Notes: a model not told the origin generated them from the sequence alone. A stretch of DNA of 64,000 nt from Candidatus Multivorans sp. (GCA_965224025.1 OZ245033.1:928001-992000), one strand, 5' to 3'. Positions 30,811 to 43,080 are shown, numbered from the stretch's first letter. Made by a program: numbers and translations.

Positions 30811-31983
30811 ATGATCGCCAGGGAAGAGTACCTCCGGAGAATCGCGACAGCCACCAACCGGGCGCCGGTCACCTCCCTGCTCGGACCCCGCCAGTGCGGC
30901 AAGACCACGTTGGCCCGCCAGTTCGTCTCGACCCGGGACGCGACGATCTTCGACCTCGAATCAGAGGCCGACGTTCGTCGGCTCAGCAACCCCGAACTCG
31001 TTCTGGGGGAGCTCCAGGGATTCGTCGTACTGGACGAGATTCAGGTTCGGCCGGTGCTCTTCAACGTCCTCCGCGTTCTCGTGGACCGGCCTGGCAGCGA
31101 CACCCGCTTCCTCATCCTCGGCAGTGCCTCGCCCGACATCGTGCGCGGCGTATCCCAGACCCTGGCAGGCCGGGTCACGTTCATCGACATGGCCGGGTTC
31201 GACCTGGCGGAGGCCGGCGCCGACAACTTGCGGATGCTCTGGCGGCGCGGCGGTTTTCCACGCTCCTACCTGGCGCCGTCGGAAGCCGACAGCTGCGCCT
31301 GGCGAGACGCCTTCTTCCAGACCTTCCTGGAGCGCGACGTTCCGCAACTCGGCATCTCGATGCCGGCCCCGGCGATGCGACGCTTCTGGACCACCCTGGC
31401 GCACTACCACGGCCAAACCTGGAACGCCTCGAAACTCGGCCGAACGATCGGGGTGTCGGACAAGACGGCTCGCAACTACCTGGACCTCCTGACCGGCGCC
31501 TTCATGGTTCGCCAACTCCATCCCTGGTTCGAGAACGCGGCGAAGCGCGAGGTCAAGGCGCCCAAGGTCTATATCCGCGACACCGGCCTCCTGCATTCGC
31601 TCCTGGGCATCGCCGACGACCGGGATCTTCTCGGCCATCGCCGCGTCGGGGCCTCCTGGGAAGGCTTCGCCATCGAACAGGTCCTGTTCACCTTGCGCCA
31701 ACCCTACGGCTGGTTCTGGGCCACGCACGGCGGCGGTGAGCTGGACCTGCTGGTCCGTACCCGCGGCCTTCGCATCGGCTTCGAGATGAAGTTCAGCGAA
31801 GCCCCGAAGGTCACCGGGACGATGCGCAACACCGCCGAGACCCTCCGGCTCGACCATCTCTTCGTCGTCTGCCCGACCAGACGGGCGTATCCGGTCGAAC
31901 GCCACATCACCGTCCTGCCGGCAACGGAAATCCCCGATCTGCGCGACCGCGTCGCGGCTCTCCCGCCGCGCACTACACGCTGA
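30811..31983 (+). CDS. AAA ATPase with DUF4143 C-terminal domain
   Basis: Walker A 'GPRQCGKT', Walker B 'VVLDEIQ', 'ILGSAS', 'GGFP', 'KAPKVYIRDTG', 'ELDLL...FEMK'. Confidence 0.85.
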   Translation: MIAREEYLRRIATATNRAPVTSLLGPRQCGKTTLARQFVSTRDATIFDLESEADVRRLSNPELVLGELQGFVVLDEIQVRPVLFNVLRVLVDRPGSDTRFLILGSASPDIVRGVSQTLAGRVTFIDMAGFDLAEAGADNLRMLWRRGGFPRSYLAPSEADSCAWRDAFFQTFLERDVPQLGISMPAPAMRRFWTTLAHYHGQTWNASKLGRTIGVSDKTARNYLDLLTGAFMVRQLHPWFENAAKREVKAPKVYIRDTGLLHSLLGIADDRDLLGHRRVGASWEGFAIEQVLFTLRQPYGWFWATHGGGELDLLVRTRGLRIGFEMKFSEAPKVTGTMRNTAETLRLDHLFVVCPTRRAYPVERHITVLPATEIPDLRDRVAALPPRTTR

Positions 31984-32035
31984 CCTTCCAGGACAACGCG
32001 GTGAACCTGGCGGATAGGATCGCGACGATCGACCG

Positions 32036-32320
32036 ATGACTCGACCAATCGAAGTCAGACCCCGCAGCGGCTGCAAGCTCTGGCTCCGCTTTTCCGACGG
32101 CGCGGAGGGCATCCTCGACCTCTCCCGCCTTGCCGGCAGGGGCGCCTTCCGCTGCTGGGACGCCGCGGACGCCTTCGAAGCGGTTCGTGTAGCCGAGCAC
32201 GGCGCCGTCGTGTGGGGGGATGACGTGGAACTATGCCCCGACGCGCTGTACCTCCAGGTCACCGGCAAGGCGGTCGACGACTTGATGTCTGAAACCGCTC
32301 ATCTCCTGAGCGATGCCTGA
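32036..32320 (+). CDS. DUF2442-domain protein
   Basis: 'LWLRFSDGAEGILDL', 'VVWGDDVELCPDALY'. Confidence 0.75.
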   Translation: MTRPIEVRPRSGCKLWLRFSDGAEGILDLSRLAGRGAFRCWDAADAFEAVRVAEHGAVVWGDDVELCPDALYLQVTGKAVDDLMSETAHLLSDA

Positions 32321-35300
32321 AGGCCTGGAAGAGAGCGAGCATCTGCAGCCGCCAGTACCGCCATCCATACCCCGCGTCGGCATGCTCGCCCGCGTCCGCA
32401 ACCGCCGCGGCATCGTCGCCAGCGTCAACCCATACGACGACGGCGAAACCGGCGTCCTGCATCTCGTGCAGGTCGACTACAAGGGCCACGACGCGCCGCA
32501 CAGCGAGCGCCTCCTGTGGGAACTCGAACCTGGCCGCGAGCTGCTCGAACCGAGCCGGTTGCCCCGGATTCGCGAGAGTTCGCCGATGCCGGCCGAGGAC
32601 TTCGACGCCCTGCTGCGCGCCGCGCGCTGGACGGCGCTCACACCCTACGTGGACCCCGACGGCGACGGTCCGCTCGACCGCCAGCCGGTGTCGAGCCCCC
32701 TGCACAGCGGGGTCCGGGTCGAGGACTACCAGCTCGAACCGCTTCGGCGGGCGCTGCGAATGCCGCGCGTGAACCTCCTGATCGCCGACGACGTCGGCCT
32801 CGGCAAGACGGTCGAGGCGGGGCTCATCCTCAAGGAACTCCTGCTGCGCCGCCGCATCCGTCGGGTGCTCGTCCTGGCGCCGGCGGCGCTGCGCCTGCAG
32901 TGGCGCGACGAACTCCTCGACAAGTTCGCGTTGCCGTTCGAGATCGTCGACCGGGGACGCACCGAGAACCTGCGCCGGGAACTGGGCATCGACGCGAATC
33001 CCTGGCGCTCGTTCAGCCGCATCGTCGCCTCCTACCACTACCTGCGCCAGCCCGACATCCAGGAGCAGTTCCTCGCAGCCAGCCGTGCCCGGGAGGGTTC
33101 GCCTCATCTCCCCTGGGATCTCCTGATCGTAGACGAGTGCCACAACTTGATGCCCTCTCCGTTCGGCGACGACAGCGAGCTGTGCCAAATGCTGCGCCGG
33201 ATCGCCCCGTGCTTCGAGCACCGGCTCTTCCTCTCCGCCACGCCGCACAACGGTCACACTCGCTCCTTCACCGGCCTGCTGGAGATCCTCGACCCCGTGC
33301 GGTTCAGCCGGACCGACGAAATGACCGACGTCCAGCGACGCCGCGCCCGCCAATTGGTCATTCGCCGCCTCAAGCGCGAACTGAACCAGCAGAGCGCCTC
33401 GCCCCGCTTCTGCGAGCGAAGACAGCCGACGCCCCTGCTGCTCCACCGCGACCCGCGGGAGGCCGCCCTTTCCACCGCCTTCGCCGCCTTCCGCACCGCC
33501 GTGCGCCGCGCCATCGCAGCCGGCGACGCCGGCGAACGGGCGGGTACCTTCGCCATCGAAATCCTGGGTAAACGCCTGCTCTCCTGCCCGACCGCCTTCG
33601 CCGACTCCTGGCGCCGGACGCGCGACGGCTACGCGCGCGCCGAGCAGGCCGCCGACGCCGCGACGGACGCCGATGTCGCGGCGGCGAAGCGCTCCGTCGA
33701 GCGGGAAACGTCCGACGACCGGGAGACCGAGCAACGGACCGGCACGGCGGCCGGCGTCGTCGGCGCCTGGCTGCGCAACGTCGCGAACTCCGTGGAAGGC
33801 GAGATGACCGCCATCGACGCCGCGCTGGCCGACCTCGGCTTCGTTGCCGAAGGCCCGCCGGCAGTCGAACAGGACCCGACCGCCGACGCCCGGCTCGCCG
33901 CGCTGGCCGAGCTGATCGAGCGGCGCCTGCTTCTCCCTGACCGGCCGGGCGAAGCACCGGCCTTCCGCGACGACGAACGGCTCGTCGTCTTCACCGAGTA
34001 CAAGACGACCCTGGACTACCTCGCACGCCGGCTGCGCGAACACTACGACGCGAACGGCCAGACCGCCCCCCGCGTGCTCACCCTCTTCGGCGCCGGCGGC
34101 CAGGACGGCATGGACGACGCCGCCCGCGAACGCGTCCGCGAAGCCTTCAACGATCCCGACTCCGCCGTACGCATCCTGGTGGCGACCGACGCCGCGTCCG
34201 AGGGGCTCAACCTCCATCGCAGCGCCCGCTACCTCCTGCACTACGACTGCCCCTGGAATCCGTCGCGCCTGGAGCAGAGAAACGGCCGCCTCGACCGCTA
34301 CGGCCAGGCCCGCGACGTGACCGTGCATCACTTCCTGAGCGACGACGACCCGGATCTCACGTTCCTCGACTACGTCATCCGCAAGGCGGACGAGATCCGG
34401 GAAGATCTCGGATCGGTCAACGAGCTGTTCGATACCGCCGCCCACAAGCGTCTCGTCGAAGGCGCCGATCCAGCCAGAGTCGAGTTCGAGCTGAGGCACG
34501 GGCTCACCGAGGAACGCGAACGGATGCGCGACCAGGGAATCCCCGGCCTCTTCGGCGGGACCGACGCTCGGCACGCCGGCGCCCCGACCGCATCCGGCAG
34601 CGCGCCCGATGTCCTCCTCCGCCAACTCGAACGCGAGATCGACTTCCACCCCGCGGCACTCAGGCAAACGCTTGAGACCGCGATGGCGATGACGGGCGGC
34701 CGACCGCAACTCGACCGCGTTCCGAGCCCCGGCGCCGGCGATACGAACGGCGCGGGCGGCTTCTGGCGCCTCCTCCACACCGACCTGCCCGGCTGGCGCG
34801 ACACGATCGACGAATCCCTGCGCATGGCCTCGCGCGACGGCCCCGCCCGGCGCCTCGCCTTCGACGCGAACTCCCTGCTCCGCCGAATCGGCGGCCGCGA
34901 CGTGTTCTCGCCGCGGCCCGAAGTCGCCCTGCTGCACCTGGCCCATCCCCTGATCGAGCGCGCCCTGCGGTCCCTGACCCAGCGGCGCCTGCCGGGCCCG
35001 GCCGAAGCGGCGCGCTGGACCGTGCGGCGAGGCGGCGTACCGCGCGGCATGGACGCCCTGATCCTGCTCAGCCTGGAAGAACTGGCGGTCAACGAGCTGC
35101 GCGAGACCTTCCACCACTGGGTGCGAACGCTCACCCTTCCCGTGCGAGGCGGCGGGCTCGAAGACCCCATGGCCCACGTGACGGCCCGAAACCTGGCCCG
35201 TAGCGGTAGCGGCGGCCAAGGCGACCGGGAAGCCCCTCAGCCCGCGTCGCCGACGCCCGCCGAACGGGAACAGGCGCGGGAGCTCTTCCTCCACGTCGAG

Positions 35301-35726
35301 GCCGACCTCGAAGCCGCGGTCACGCGACACGCCGAGGAACTGACCGACTCGCTCCAGGCGCAGTTGCAAACCGACGGCGCAAGCGCCCTGCGCGACGCCA
35401 ACGAGCGCTACCGGAGCCGGCAGGGCGAAGTCTCCGAGCTGATCGAACAGCAGAGCGTAAAGCGCCTCGAACGGGAGATCGCGACGCTCCGCCGCTCGCT
35501 CACCCAAGGCCGGCTCTTCGACCAGCGCCGCGACCTCGAGCGGATCGCCGACTCGATCCAGGAGAGGCAGCGGGAGATCGAGCGCCGCCGCCGCCACTAC
35601 GAGGACGCGCGCGAGCAGTTGGAGCGGGAGCGCCGGCGGATCGTCGATCGTCTGCTGCCGAAGCGCCACGCCCTGGCCGGCGAAGCGCAGGCGTTCCCGG
35701 TGACCGTCGAGGTGCGCCTGCCTTGA
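32313..35726 (+). CDS. drmD: SNF2-like helicase, DISARM DrmD type
   Basis: 'LLIADDVGLGKT', 'DECH', 'SATPHNG', 'ATDAASEGLNL', 'WNPSRLEQRNGRLDRYGQ'; coupled to a large MTase gene. Confidence 0.8.
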   Translation: MPEGLEESEHLQPPVPPSIPRVGMLARVRNRRGIVASVNPYDDGETGVLHLVQVDYKGHDAPHSERLLWELEPGRELLEPSRLPRIRESSPMPAEDFDALLRAARWTALTPYVDPDGDGPLDRQPVSSPLHSGVRVEDYQLEPLRRALRMPRVNLLIADDVGLGKTVEAGLILKELLLRRRIRRVLVLAPAALRLQWRDELLDKFALPFEIVDRGRTENLRRELGIDANPWRSFSRIVASYHYLRQPDIQEQFLAASRAREGSPHLPWDLLIVDECHNLMPSPFGDDSELCQMLRRIAPCFEHRLFLSATPHNGHTRSFTGLLEILDPVRFSRTDEMTDVQRRRARQLVIRRLKRELNQQSASPRFCERRQPTPLLLHRDPREAALSTAFAAFRTAVRRAIAAGDAGERAGTFAIEILGKRLLSCPTAFADSWRRTRDGYARAEQAADAATDADVAAAKRSVERETSDDRETEQRTGTAAGVVGAWLRNVANSVEGEMTAIDAALADLGFVAEGPPAVEQDPTADARLAALAELIERRLLLPDRPGEAPAFRDDERLVVFTEYKTTLDYLARRLREHYDANGQTAPRVLTLFGAGGQDGMDDAARERVREAFNDPDSAVRILVATDAASEGLNLHRSARYLLHYDCPWNPSRLEQRNGRLDRYGQARDVTVHHFLSDDDPDLTFLDYVIRKADEIREDLGSVNELFDTAAHKRLVEGADPARVEFELRHGLTEERERMRDQGIPGLFGGTDARHAGAPTASGSAPDVLLRQLEREIDFHPAALRQTLETAMAMTGGRPQLDRVPSPGAGDTNGAGGFWRLLHTDLPGWRDTIDESLRMASRDGPARRLAFDANSLLRRIGGRDVFSPRPEVALLHLAHPLIERALRSLTQRRLPGPAEAARWTVRRGGVPRGMDALILLSLEELAVNELRETFHHWVRTLTLPVRGGGLEDPMAHVTARNLARSGSGGQGDREAPQPASPTPAEREQARELFLHVEADLEAAVTRHAEELTDSLQAQLQTDGASALRDANERYRSRQGEVSELIEQQSVKRLEREIATLRRSLTQGRLFDQRRDLERIADSIQERQREIERRRRHYEDAREQLERERRRIVDRLLPKRHALAGEAQAFPVTVEVRLP

Positions 35727-37272
35727 GCAACCCGCAGACCGGCAACCGGCGGTCCGGCGGCGCCGCGACCGGCGGCGCCGACCTGGACGGCTGGAGCGAC
35801 CTGCGCCACGGCGGCCTGCTGCTGGACGCGCAGCGCCAGAGCGAGATCGCCGCACTCCCTCCGCCCGCCGCCCCGGACGCCTGGCTCCAAAGCGAACTCC
35901 GGCGGCGCTCCGAACTGCTGCGCGACACCGACCCGAACCGTCAGCGTCGCGAGGCGCCGGAGTTTGTCGCCTTCGTGCTGGAGCGCCTCTGCGGCTTCGG
36001 GCCCGACAGCGGCTCGTGGCTGCGTGGCAACCGCGTGCCGGCCGAGTGGCGCCGCCGCGCTACGACCGGCGAGAGCGTCCGCCCGCGCCAGCTCTGGCTC
36101 GGCCCCAACGGCGCCGTCTTGCCCGTCTTCGTCACGAACGACAAGCGCGTCGGCATCGGCCGCGGACGGCGCGAAACGAGCCGCGTCCTCGGCTGGCTGC
36201 GCGCCGGCGCCGAACGCCTCGCCCTGGTGACGAACGGACGCCAGTGGCGGCTCCTGTTCGCCGGCCTCGACTTCGACGCCTGGTGCGAGTGGGACGCCGA
36301 CCTCTGGTTCGCCGAGGGCGCGCCGTCGCCGGCCTTGAAGGCGCTGCTCACCCTGATCCGGCCAGCCCTGTGGACGCCGGGCGAAGGCGCCGACCCGCCG
36401 CTTCTGCGCGCCGTCCGCGACAGCCGCAAGGGCCAGTCCGAACTTTCGGAGGCGCTCGGCGAGCGCGTGCGCGAGGCCGTCGAACTGCTGATCCAGAGCC
36501 ACGGGGAAGCGCTGAAGCGCGACTGCGCGGCCGTCGATCCGGCGAACATCTACCGGGCAGCCTGCCGCGTCGTCATGCGCCTGGTCGTCATCCTGTTCGC
36601 CGAGGCGCGAGGCCTCCTGCCGCGGGACGACGCCGTGTACCACGCGGGCTACGGGCTCGGCGGCCTGCAAGAGGCCCTCGGACGGCGCGTGGCGGCCGGC
36701 CGCCTCCGCGCCCACGGCCACGGCGCATGGCCGCGCCTGCTGGCGCTGTTCCGCCTAGTCCGCGAAGGGTCGCACCACGAAGGCCTGCCGGTGCCCGCGT
36801 ATGGCGGAGACCTGTCGCCCCCGGCTCTCCCGACAGCGAGGACGGCCTCTCCCGCGCCCTGGCCGCCTTCGAGACCGCCTGCCTGCGCGACGAAGTGCTC
36901 CCCGACGCCCAGGTTCACGACCTGCTGGAGCGCCTGACCCGCACCCACGTCCGCATCCGCCAGGGCCGCGGCAGCCGCCTGGTCTCGGCGCCGGTCGACT
37001 TCTCCGACCTCTCCACCGAGTACATCGGCGTGCTCTACGAGGGCCTGCTCGACTACGAACTGAAGACCGCGCCTGGCGACGACCCAATCATCTTCCTCGC
37101 CGTCGGCGAGCAGCCGGCCCTGCCCCTGTCCCGCCTGGAGGCAATGGACGACAAGGCCCTCCGCAGCCTCTTCGCGGCGATGAAGAAGTCCACCGGCAGC
37201 GCCGACGCCACATCCGCCCACAGCGACACCGAGTCAACGCCAGTAGAGAAGCAAGCCCCCTCCGACGCCGTA

Positions 37273-37318
37273 TCTCTGGGTGCGCGGACCCGTAGCCGCG
37301 GGTCTTCTGACCCGCGGG
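37273..37318 (+). repeat. Composite REP (half of the 14200 type + GTAG REP) inside the MTase
   Basis: TCTCTGGGTGCGCGGACC joined to CGTAGCCGCGGGTCTTCTGACCCGCGGG. Confidence 0.7.
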
Positions 37319-37924
37319 AAGAACGTGCAATGCCGCGAAACGGTGAGCCCGAGCCGAACCCCGACAACACCACCGAAGACCCCCGCCAGGCCACCCGCAC
37401 CCGCGCCGAAGCCTGGGCCCGCCGCGCCGCTCAAGCCGCCGGCCTCGTCAAGAAACCCCGCCGCCCCAAGTCGCAAACCACCATCCTCTCCGCCCGGCAA
37501 GCCCACGAACAGGAACTCGCCAAACGCGCCGCCAGCCTCGTCAGCCGCGTCGTCCTCCCCGGCGAGTGGTACCTCGTCCGCTGGGGCGGCACCCGCAAGG
37601 GCTCCGGCAGCTTCTACACCCGGCCCGGCCTCACCGTGCCCACCGCCCAGCGCACCCTGCGCCCGCTCGCCTACGAGCCGCCCACCGGCGCCGACAACGA
37701 GCCCGACCGCGACGCGACGCCCTCCGCCTGGACGCCCAAGCGCCCCGAGGACATCCTGAGCCTCAAGGTCTGCGACCCGCCTGCGGTTCCGGCAGCTTCC
37801 CGCTCGCGGCCCTCCGCTTCCTGACCGACGCCCTCTACGCCTCCGTCCAACACCACGAGCGCATCGAGCAGCAGGACAACCGCTCCCTCGTCCGCCTCCT
37901 CGGCCTGGACGCTACAGCGCCGGC

Positions 37925-37970
37925 CCTGGGAACGCGGGCATCCCTGCCCGCATCCGGCGCAAAGCGCCGG
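37925..37970 (+). repeat. REP-like family A copy inside the MTase
   Basis: CCTGGGAACGCGGGCATCCCTGCCCGCATCCGGCGCAAAGCGCCGG, near-identical to 23407. Confidence 0.75.
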
Positions 37971-40900
37971 GCGCGCTCCGACGGCGACGCCCCGAGGCGC
38001 CCGGACGTCGAGAGCCCCGGCGACTCATCCCCTGCCCGCCCGACGCCGACGACTTCGAGCCCCGCCTCAAGGCGGTGCTCCGCCGCTACGTCGTCGAACG
38101 CTGCATCTACGGCGTCGACCTGGACCCACTCGCCGTCTCGCTCTGCCAGCTCTCCCTGTGGATAGAGACGATGGACCGCGACCTGCCGTTCTCCTTCCTC
38201 GACCACAAGATCCGCTGCGGCAACTCCCTCGTCGGCGCCTGGTTCGACCAGTTCCAGCACTACCCCGCAATGGCCTGGAAGAACCGCGAAGCCGGCGACA
38301 AGACCCACTCGAACGGCGTCCACCACGAGAAGGGCGCCGGGACGAAGGCGATCAAGGCCTTCGTCAAGAACGATCTGACCCCGGATCTCCGCCACGTCCT
38401 GGAAGGCCGCACCCTCTTCCACGAAGACCTGCTCGACCAGGCGACCGCCGTCCACCGGCAGGCGCTCGAATCCCTGGAGCGAATGCACCGCCTGCCGATC
38501 CAGGACTCCGCCGCCCGCGCCCGCCTCTACCGCGAAGAACTGATCGGCTCAACCGAGTGGCGCTCCCTCAAGCAGGCGATGGACCTGTGGTGCGCCTGCT
38601 GGTTCTGGCCCGCCGACGAGCTGGACCGCGCGCCTCTGCCCACGACCTTCGCCGATCCGTCGCCAGAGACCCGCGCAGCGGCCGCCCGCATCGCCGCCGA
38701 GATGCGCTTCTTCCACTGGGAACTCGAGTTCCCGGACGTGTTCCGCGCACCCGACGCCGGATTCGACGCCATGCTCGGAAACCCGCCGTGGGACATCGCC
38801 AAGCCCAAGTCGCAGGAGTTCTTCTCCAACATCGACCCGCTCTACCGCTCCTACGGCAAGCAGGAGGCCGTGCGCCGCCAGAAGAAGTTCTTCACCGAAG
38901 ACGAGGCGAGTGAGCGCGACTGGCTCGACTACAACGCCCGCTTCCGCGCCCAGTCCAACTTCGTGACCTGCGCCGCCTCCCCCTTCGGTGACCCGGAAGA
39001 GAACGACAAGAGCCAGCGCCGCTTCGCCGTCGCCCGCGGCAAAGCGAACCTCGGCCTGCACGACCGCTGGCGCGAAGCGCGCCGCCGCTCAGGCGGCTAC
39101 GCCGACGCCGACCACTCCTTCAGACACCAGGGCTCGGCCGACCTGAACCTCTACAAGCTGTTCCTTGAGCAGGTCCACGCCCTGCTCAGGGCCGGCGGCC
39201 GGCTCGGCTTCGTCGTGCCTTCCGGCCTCCAGGGCACCGGCGCCCTGCGCGACCTGTTCCTCAAGCGCTGCAAGTGGGAATGGCTGTTCGGCTTCGAGAA
39301 CCGGGCCAAGCTGTTCCCGATCGACAGCCGATTCAAGTTCAACCCCGTCATCGTCCAGAAAGGCGGCGCCACCGAAGCCATCCGCACCGTCTTCATGCGC
39401 CGCGACCTAACCGACTGGGAGCGGGCGGAGCAGTTCGCCGTCCCCTACAGCCGCGAGCAGGTCCTCCAGTTCAGCCCCAAGAGCCGAGCGATCCTGGAAA
39501 TCGAATCCCGCCGCGACCTGGAAATCCTCGAGAAGATCTACAAGAACTCCGTCCTCCTCGGCGACGACGGCCCCGATGGCTGGGGCATCCGCTACGCACG
39601 CGAGTTCGACATGACGAACGACTCGAAGCTCTTCCCGCCCCGCCCCCAGTGGGAAGCGAAGGGCTACCGCCCCGACGAGTACAGCCGCTGGCTCCTGGGT
39701 AACTGGCGCCCAATCGACGAACTCTGGGCCGAACTCGGCATCGACCCCGCCCGCCCTGAATCCGCCGCAATCGAACTCGAAGACTGGCTGTTCGATTCCG
39801 ACGCCGGCCCCGAGCGTCGCATGGCCGAACGCCAGTTCGTACACGGCCATCTGCTGGCACCCGGCGACGTCCAACGCACACACGCGCGCATCCGCTGCGC
39901 CCAACCGCCGTACGACCGCCTGCCCGTGCCCCGCGTCGCAATCCCCGAGGGCATCATCCTCTCGAGAGAGGCCGACGCCTGGATCGACGAGAAGGAGGTC
40001 AAGGACGTAGCGCTACCCCTCTACGAAGGCCGCATGATCGGCCAGTTCGACTTCAGCCAGAAAGGCTGGGTCAGCGGCAAGGGCAGGGGCGCCGTCTGGC
40101 GCGACATTCCGTGGGACCGGAAACAGATCGAGCCCCAGTATCTGATGGCAGAGGCGGACTATCGGCAGGGAGTGCCGGAGGCGGCTGCTCCGAAGCTGCT
40201 CCACATGCGCATCGCTTCAGGAACCAACGAGAGAACAGCCGTCGGCGCCTTCTGCCAAGGCGCACCCTCCGGCGACACCGCGGCGGCGCTCTACGCAGGG
40301 AGCACCGACGCAGTCCTGACCCTGACCTGCCTCCTCGACTCGTTCACGTTCGATTCAGTCACTCGCAACCGGCTTGCCGGACTTCACTTCGACTACCACG
40401 TCCTGGAGCAGAACCCGGTCCCGCTGCCCTCGCCTCAGCTTGAAGCCTCGATCCCCGTCGCCACCAGCCTGATGCTGACCTCACAGAGGGAGTCGCCAAG
40501 CCTGCTGCTCCTCACAGGCACTCCCTCGCCGCACGAACCTCGCCGGCCCTCGCCAACTGGGGCGCCGCCAAACCCGGCAGCCACCAGAGCGTGGCCTTCG
40601 CCCTGAGCCCACGCGAACGCGTCCGCGGGCGAGCCATAGCGGATGCGCTCGTCGCCACCCTCTACGGACTCGACGAGCCGGACTTCCGGAGCCTCCTGGC
40701 CGACTGCGACCATCCCCTCTCCACCGTTGCCAGCAGAAAGAGCTCGGAACTGAGAGGCACGGGCTTCTGGCGAGTCGACAAGGACAAGCCCCCCGAACTC
40801 CGCCACACCGTCCTGGCCCAGATCGCCTTCGCCGACCTCCTGCGCCACATCGACTCCGCCGGCGGCGACCGCGAAACCGGCATCCGGTCCTTCATGCTCC

Positions 40901-41596
40901 AGAACTACGGCGAAGGCTGGCACCTCCCCGAAACCCTCCGCCTAGCCGACTACAACCTCGGCCACGACAACCGCGCGAGAGAACGCCAGCCCGTCGCCAC
41001 CGAACTCGGCCCCCGCTTCCACGACTGGCAACTCGCCCAACCTCCGGAAGAAGCCCGGACTGAAACCCACCTCCACGCCCGCAACCTTCTCGGCGAACAC
41101 GCCTACCACCGCCTCCTCGCCGGCCTTGACCAGACCGGCCAAGACCAACCGGCCGAAACCGCCTACAATCTCAGGTCCCAAGTCGCCGAACAACGCCACC
41201 GCTGGGACAACTGGCTCGAACACACCGCCGATGATCCGAAGCCCCGAAAGCCATCCGATGCCGACCAACCTGACCTCTTCGACTAGCCAAGAAACGGGAG
41301 CGGATACTGAAGGGTCCTCGGCTCCAGACCCAGCAGCCAAGCCCGCGATAGCGACCCCACTCTTCCGGCCCGTCCCACAGAGACGGGGGCCAGCCGAAGG
41401 TCCCGAAACTGCATTCCAGTTCCTCGAGCGCGGAGCACGCAGGAAGGCGATTCCGATTCGTCACTGGATGGAGCACTCGTTCCGGGCACTCCCCACTGAC
41501 GCCAAACCTCGCCTGAAGCACCCCTCTCTGCCAACGTACGTGACACAGCGGGCATCCCGTTGAATAGTGGAGGGCACGCGTTGGCAAGGAGGATCA

Positions 41597-42082
41597 ATGT
41601 CAAGACGAGAGCAGAGGTTTGGCGGCGGCTCGGAGCTCCCGGCCGCGGGGGTTGAGGAGCGTAGCGACGAGGCCCCCGCGGCCGGCGCGGCGTCCGCGGG
41701 GGGCGTTCCCGACCCGGAGGTCGTAGCGAAGCCGACCCGACGGCAGTTCACGGCGGAGTACCGGCTGCGGATTCTGGAGGAAGCGGATCGATGCACCCAC
41801 CGCGGCGAGGTGGGTCGGCTGTTGCGGCGAGAGGGTCTGTACAGCTCCCATCTGGCCAACTGGCGCAAGGCGCGGCGCGAGGGCGCGCTTTCCGGTCTGA
41901 GGCCGAAGAAGCGGGGCCGCAAGCCTGTCGAGGCCAACCCTCTGATGCCGAAGGTGAAGCGGCTGGAAGCGAAGGTCAAGCGGCTCGAGAGGGAAGTCGC
42001 CGCCGCGCACACGATCCTGGACGTCCAGGGAAAAGTTGCAGGGCTGCTGGGATTCAGCCTCGAAGACGGGAAGGACTGCTGA
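41597..42082 (+). CDS. IS3 OrfA
   Basis: AAGGAGG RBS; 'RRQFTAEYRLRIL...LLRREGLYSSHLANWR'. Confidence 0.85.
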   Translation: MSRREQRFGGGSELPAAGVEERSDEAPAAGAASAGGVPDPEVVAKPTRRQFTAEYRLRILEEADRCTHRGEVGRLLRREGLYSSHLANWRKARREGALSGLRPKKRGRKPVEANPLMPKVKRLEAKVKRLEREVAAAHTILDVQGKVAGLLGFSLEDGKDC

Positions 42083-43080
42083 TGGCGGCAAGGTCCCTGG
42101 CCCGGCAGGTCGGCATCGCGCCGGCGTGCCGGGCGCTGGGCGTGTCGCGATCGACCTTCTATCGTCGTGCGAGGCCCGCTCCCGGGCGACGGCAGCCCCG
42201 CCCCACGCCTGCCCGGGCACTGAGCCAGATCGAGCGGAAACGGGTCGAGGCCACGCTTGCGTCGCCGCGTTTCGTCGATCGTTCGCCGGGAGAAGTGGTG
42301 GCCACCCTGCTCGACGAGGGCCGCTACCTGTGCTCGGAGCGCACGATGTACCGCATCCTCGAAGCGAACCACCCCGTGAGGGACCGCCGCAATCAGCGCG
42401 TCCATCCGTCGTACGCCAAGCCGGAGTTGGTCGCTGTCGCGCCCAACCAGGTCTGGTCGTGGGACATCACCAGGCTGCTCGGACCGCAGACCTGGACCTA
42501 CTACTACCTCTACGTCCTGCTTGACCTCTTCAGCCGCTACGCGGTCGGCTGGATGGTCGCCGACCGCGAGAACTCCGCGCTCGCCCAAAGGCTCATCGAG
42601 GAGACCCGCCTCAAGCACGGCGTCAAGCCCCATGTCCTGACCCTGCATTCCGATCGAGGCGCCCCCATGACCAGCCAGGGCACCGCCCAACTGCTCGCCC
42701 GCCTCGGCGTGAACCGCTCCCTGGGCCGACCGCGGGTCAGCGACGACAACCCCTACTCCGAAGCACAGTTCAAGACCCTCAAGTACCACCCCGACTTCCC
42801 CAGCCGCTTCAACTGCCAGGACGCCGCGACCGACTACTGCAGGTCCTTCTTCCCCTGGTACAACACCGAACACCGCCATGCCGGCATCGCCATGCTGACT
42901 CCCCAGACCGTCCACTACGGCCGGGCGCAAGCCGTCATCGAGCAGCGCCAACGCACGCTGAGCGCCGCCTGGGAGAGCTCACCCGAACGATTCGTCGGCG
43001 GCCAACCGATGCACACGCCACTGCCCCGGGCCGTCTGGATCAACAAGCCCGACAACGAGACTGCAGAGACCACTCAGTAA
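42082..43080 (+). CDS. IS3 OrfB integrase-like DDE domain
   Basis: TGATG overlap; 'PNQVWSWDIT', 'HSDRG', 'DNPYSEAQFKTLK', 'YNTEHRH'. Confidence 0.9.
   Translation: MAARSLARQVGIAPACRALGVSRSTFYRRARPAPGRRQPRPTPARALSQIERKRVEATLASPRFVDRSPGEVVATLLDEGRYLCSERTMYRILEANHPVRDRRNQRVHPSYAKPELVAVAPNQVWSWDITRLLGPQTWTYYYLYVLLDLFSRYAVGWMVADRENSALAQRLIEETRLKHGVKPHVLTLHSDRGAPMTSQGTAQLLARLGVNRSLGRPRVSDDNPYSEAQFKTLKYHPDFPSRFNCQDAATDYCRSFFPWYNTEHRHAGIAMLTPQTVHYGRAQAVIEQRQRTLSAAWESSPERFVGGQPMHTPLPRAVWINKPDNETAETTQ

Larger units (their letters stand above)
35723..41286 (+). pseudogene. Large N6-adenine DNA methyltransferase (DrmMI / Eco57I-like), about four frameshifts
   Basis: Across frames: 'LVTNGRQWRL', 'IGVLYEGLLD', 'RKGSGSFYT', 'CDP(A)CGSGSF', 'IYGVDLD', 'FFHWELEFPDVF', 'GNPPW', 'NLYKLF'; frame breaks near 36815, 37780, ~38000 and ~40550. 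Confidence 0.8.
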
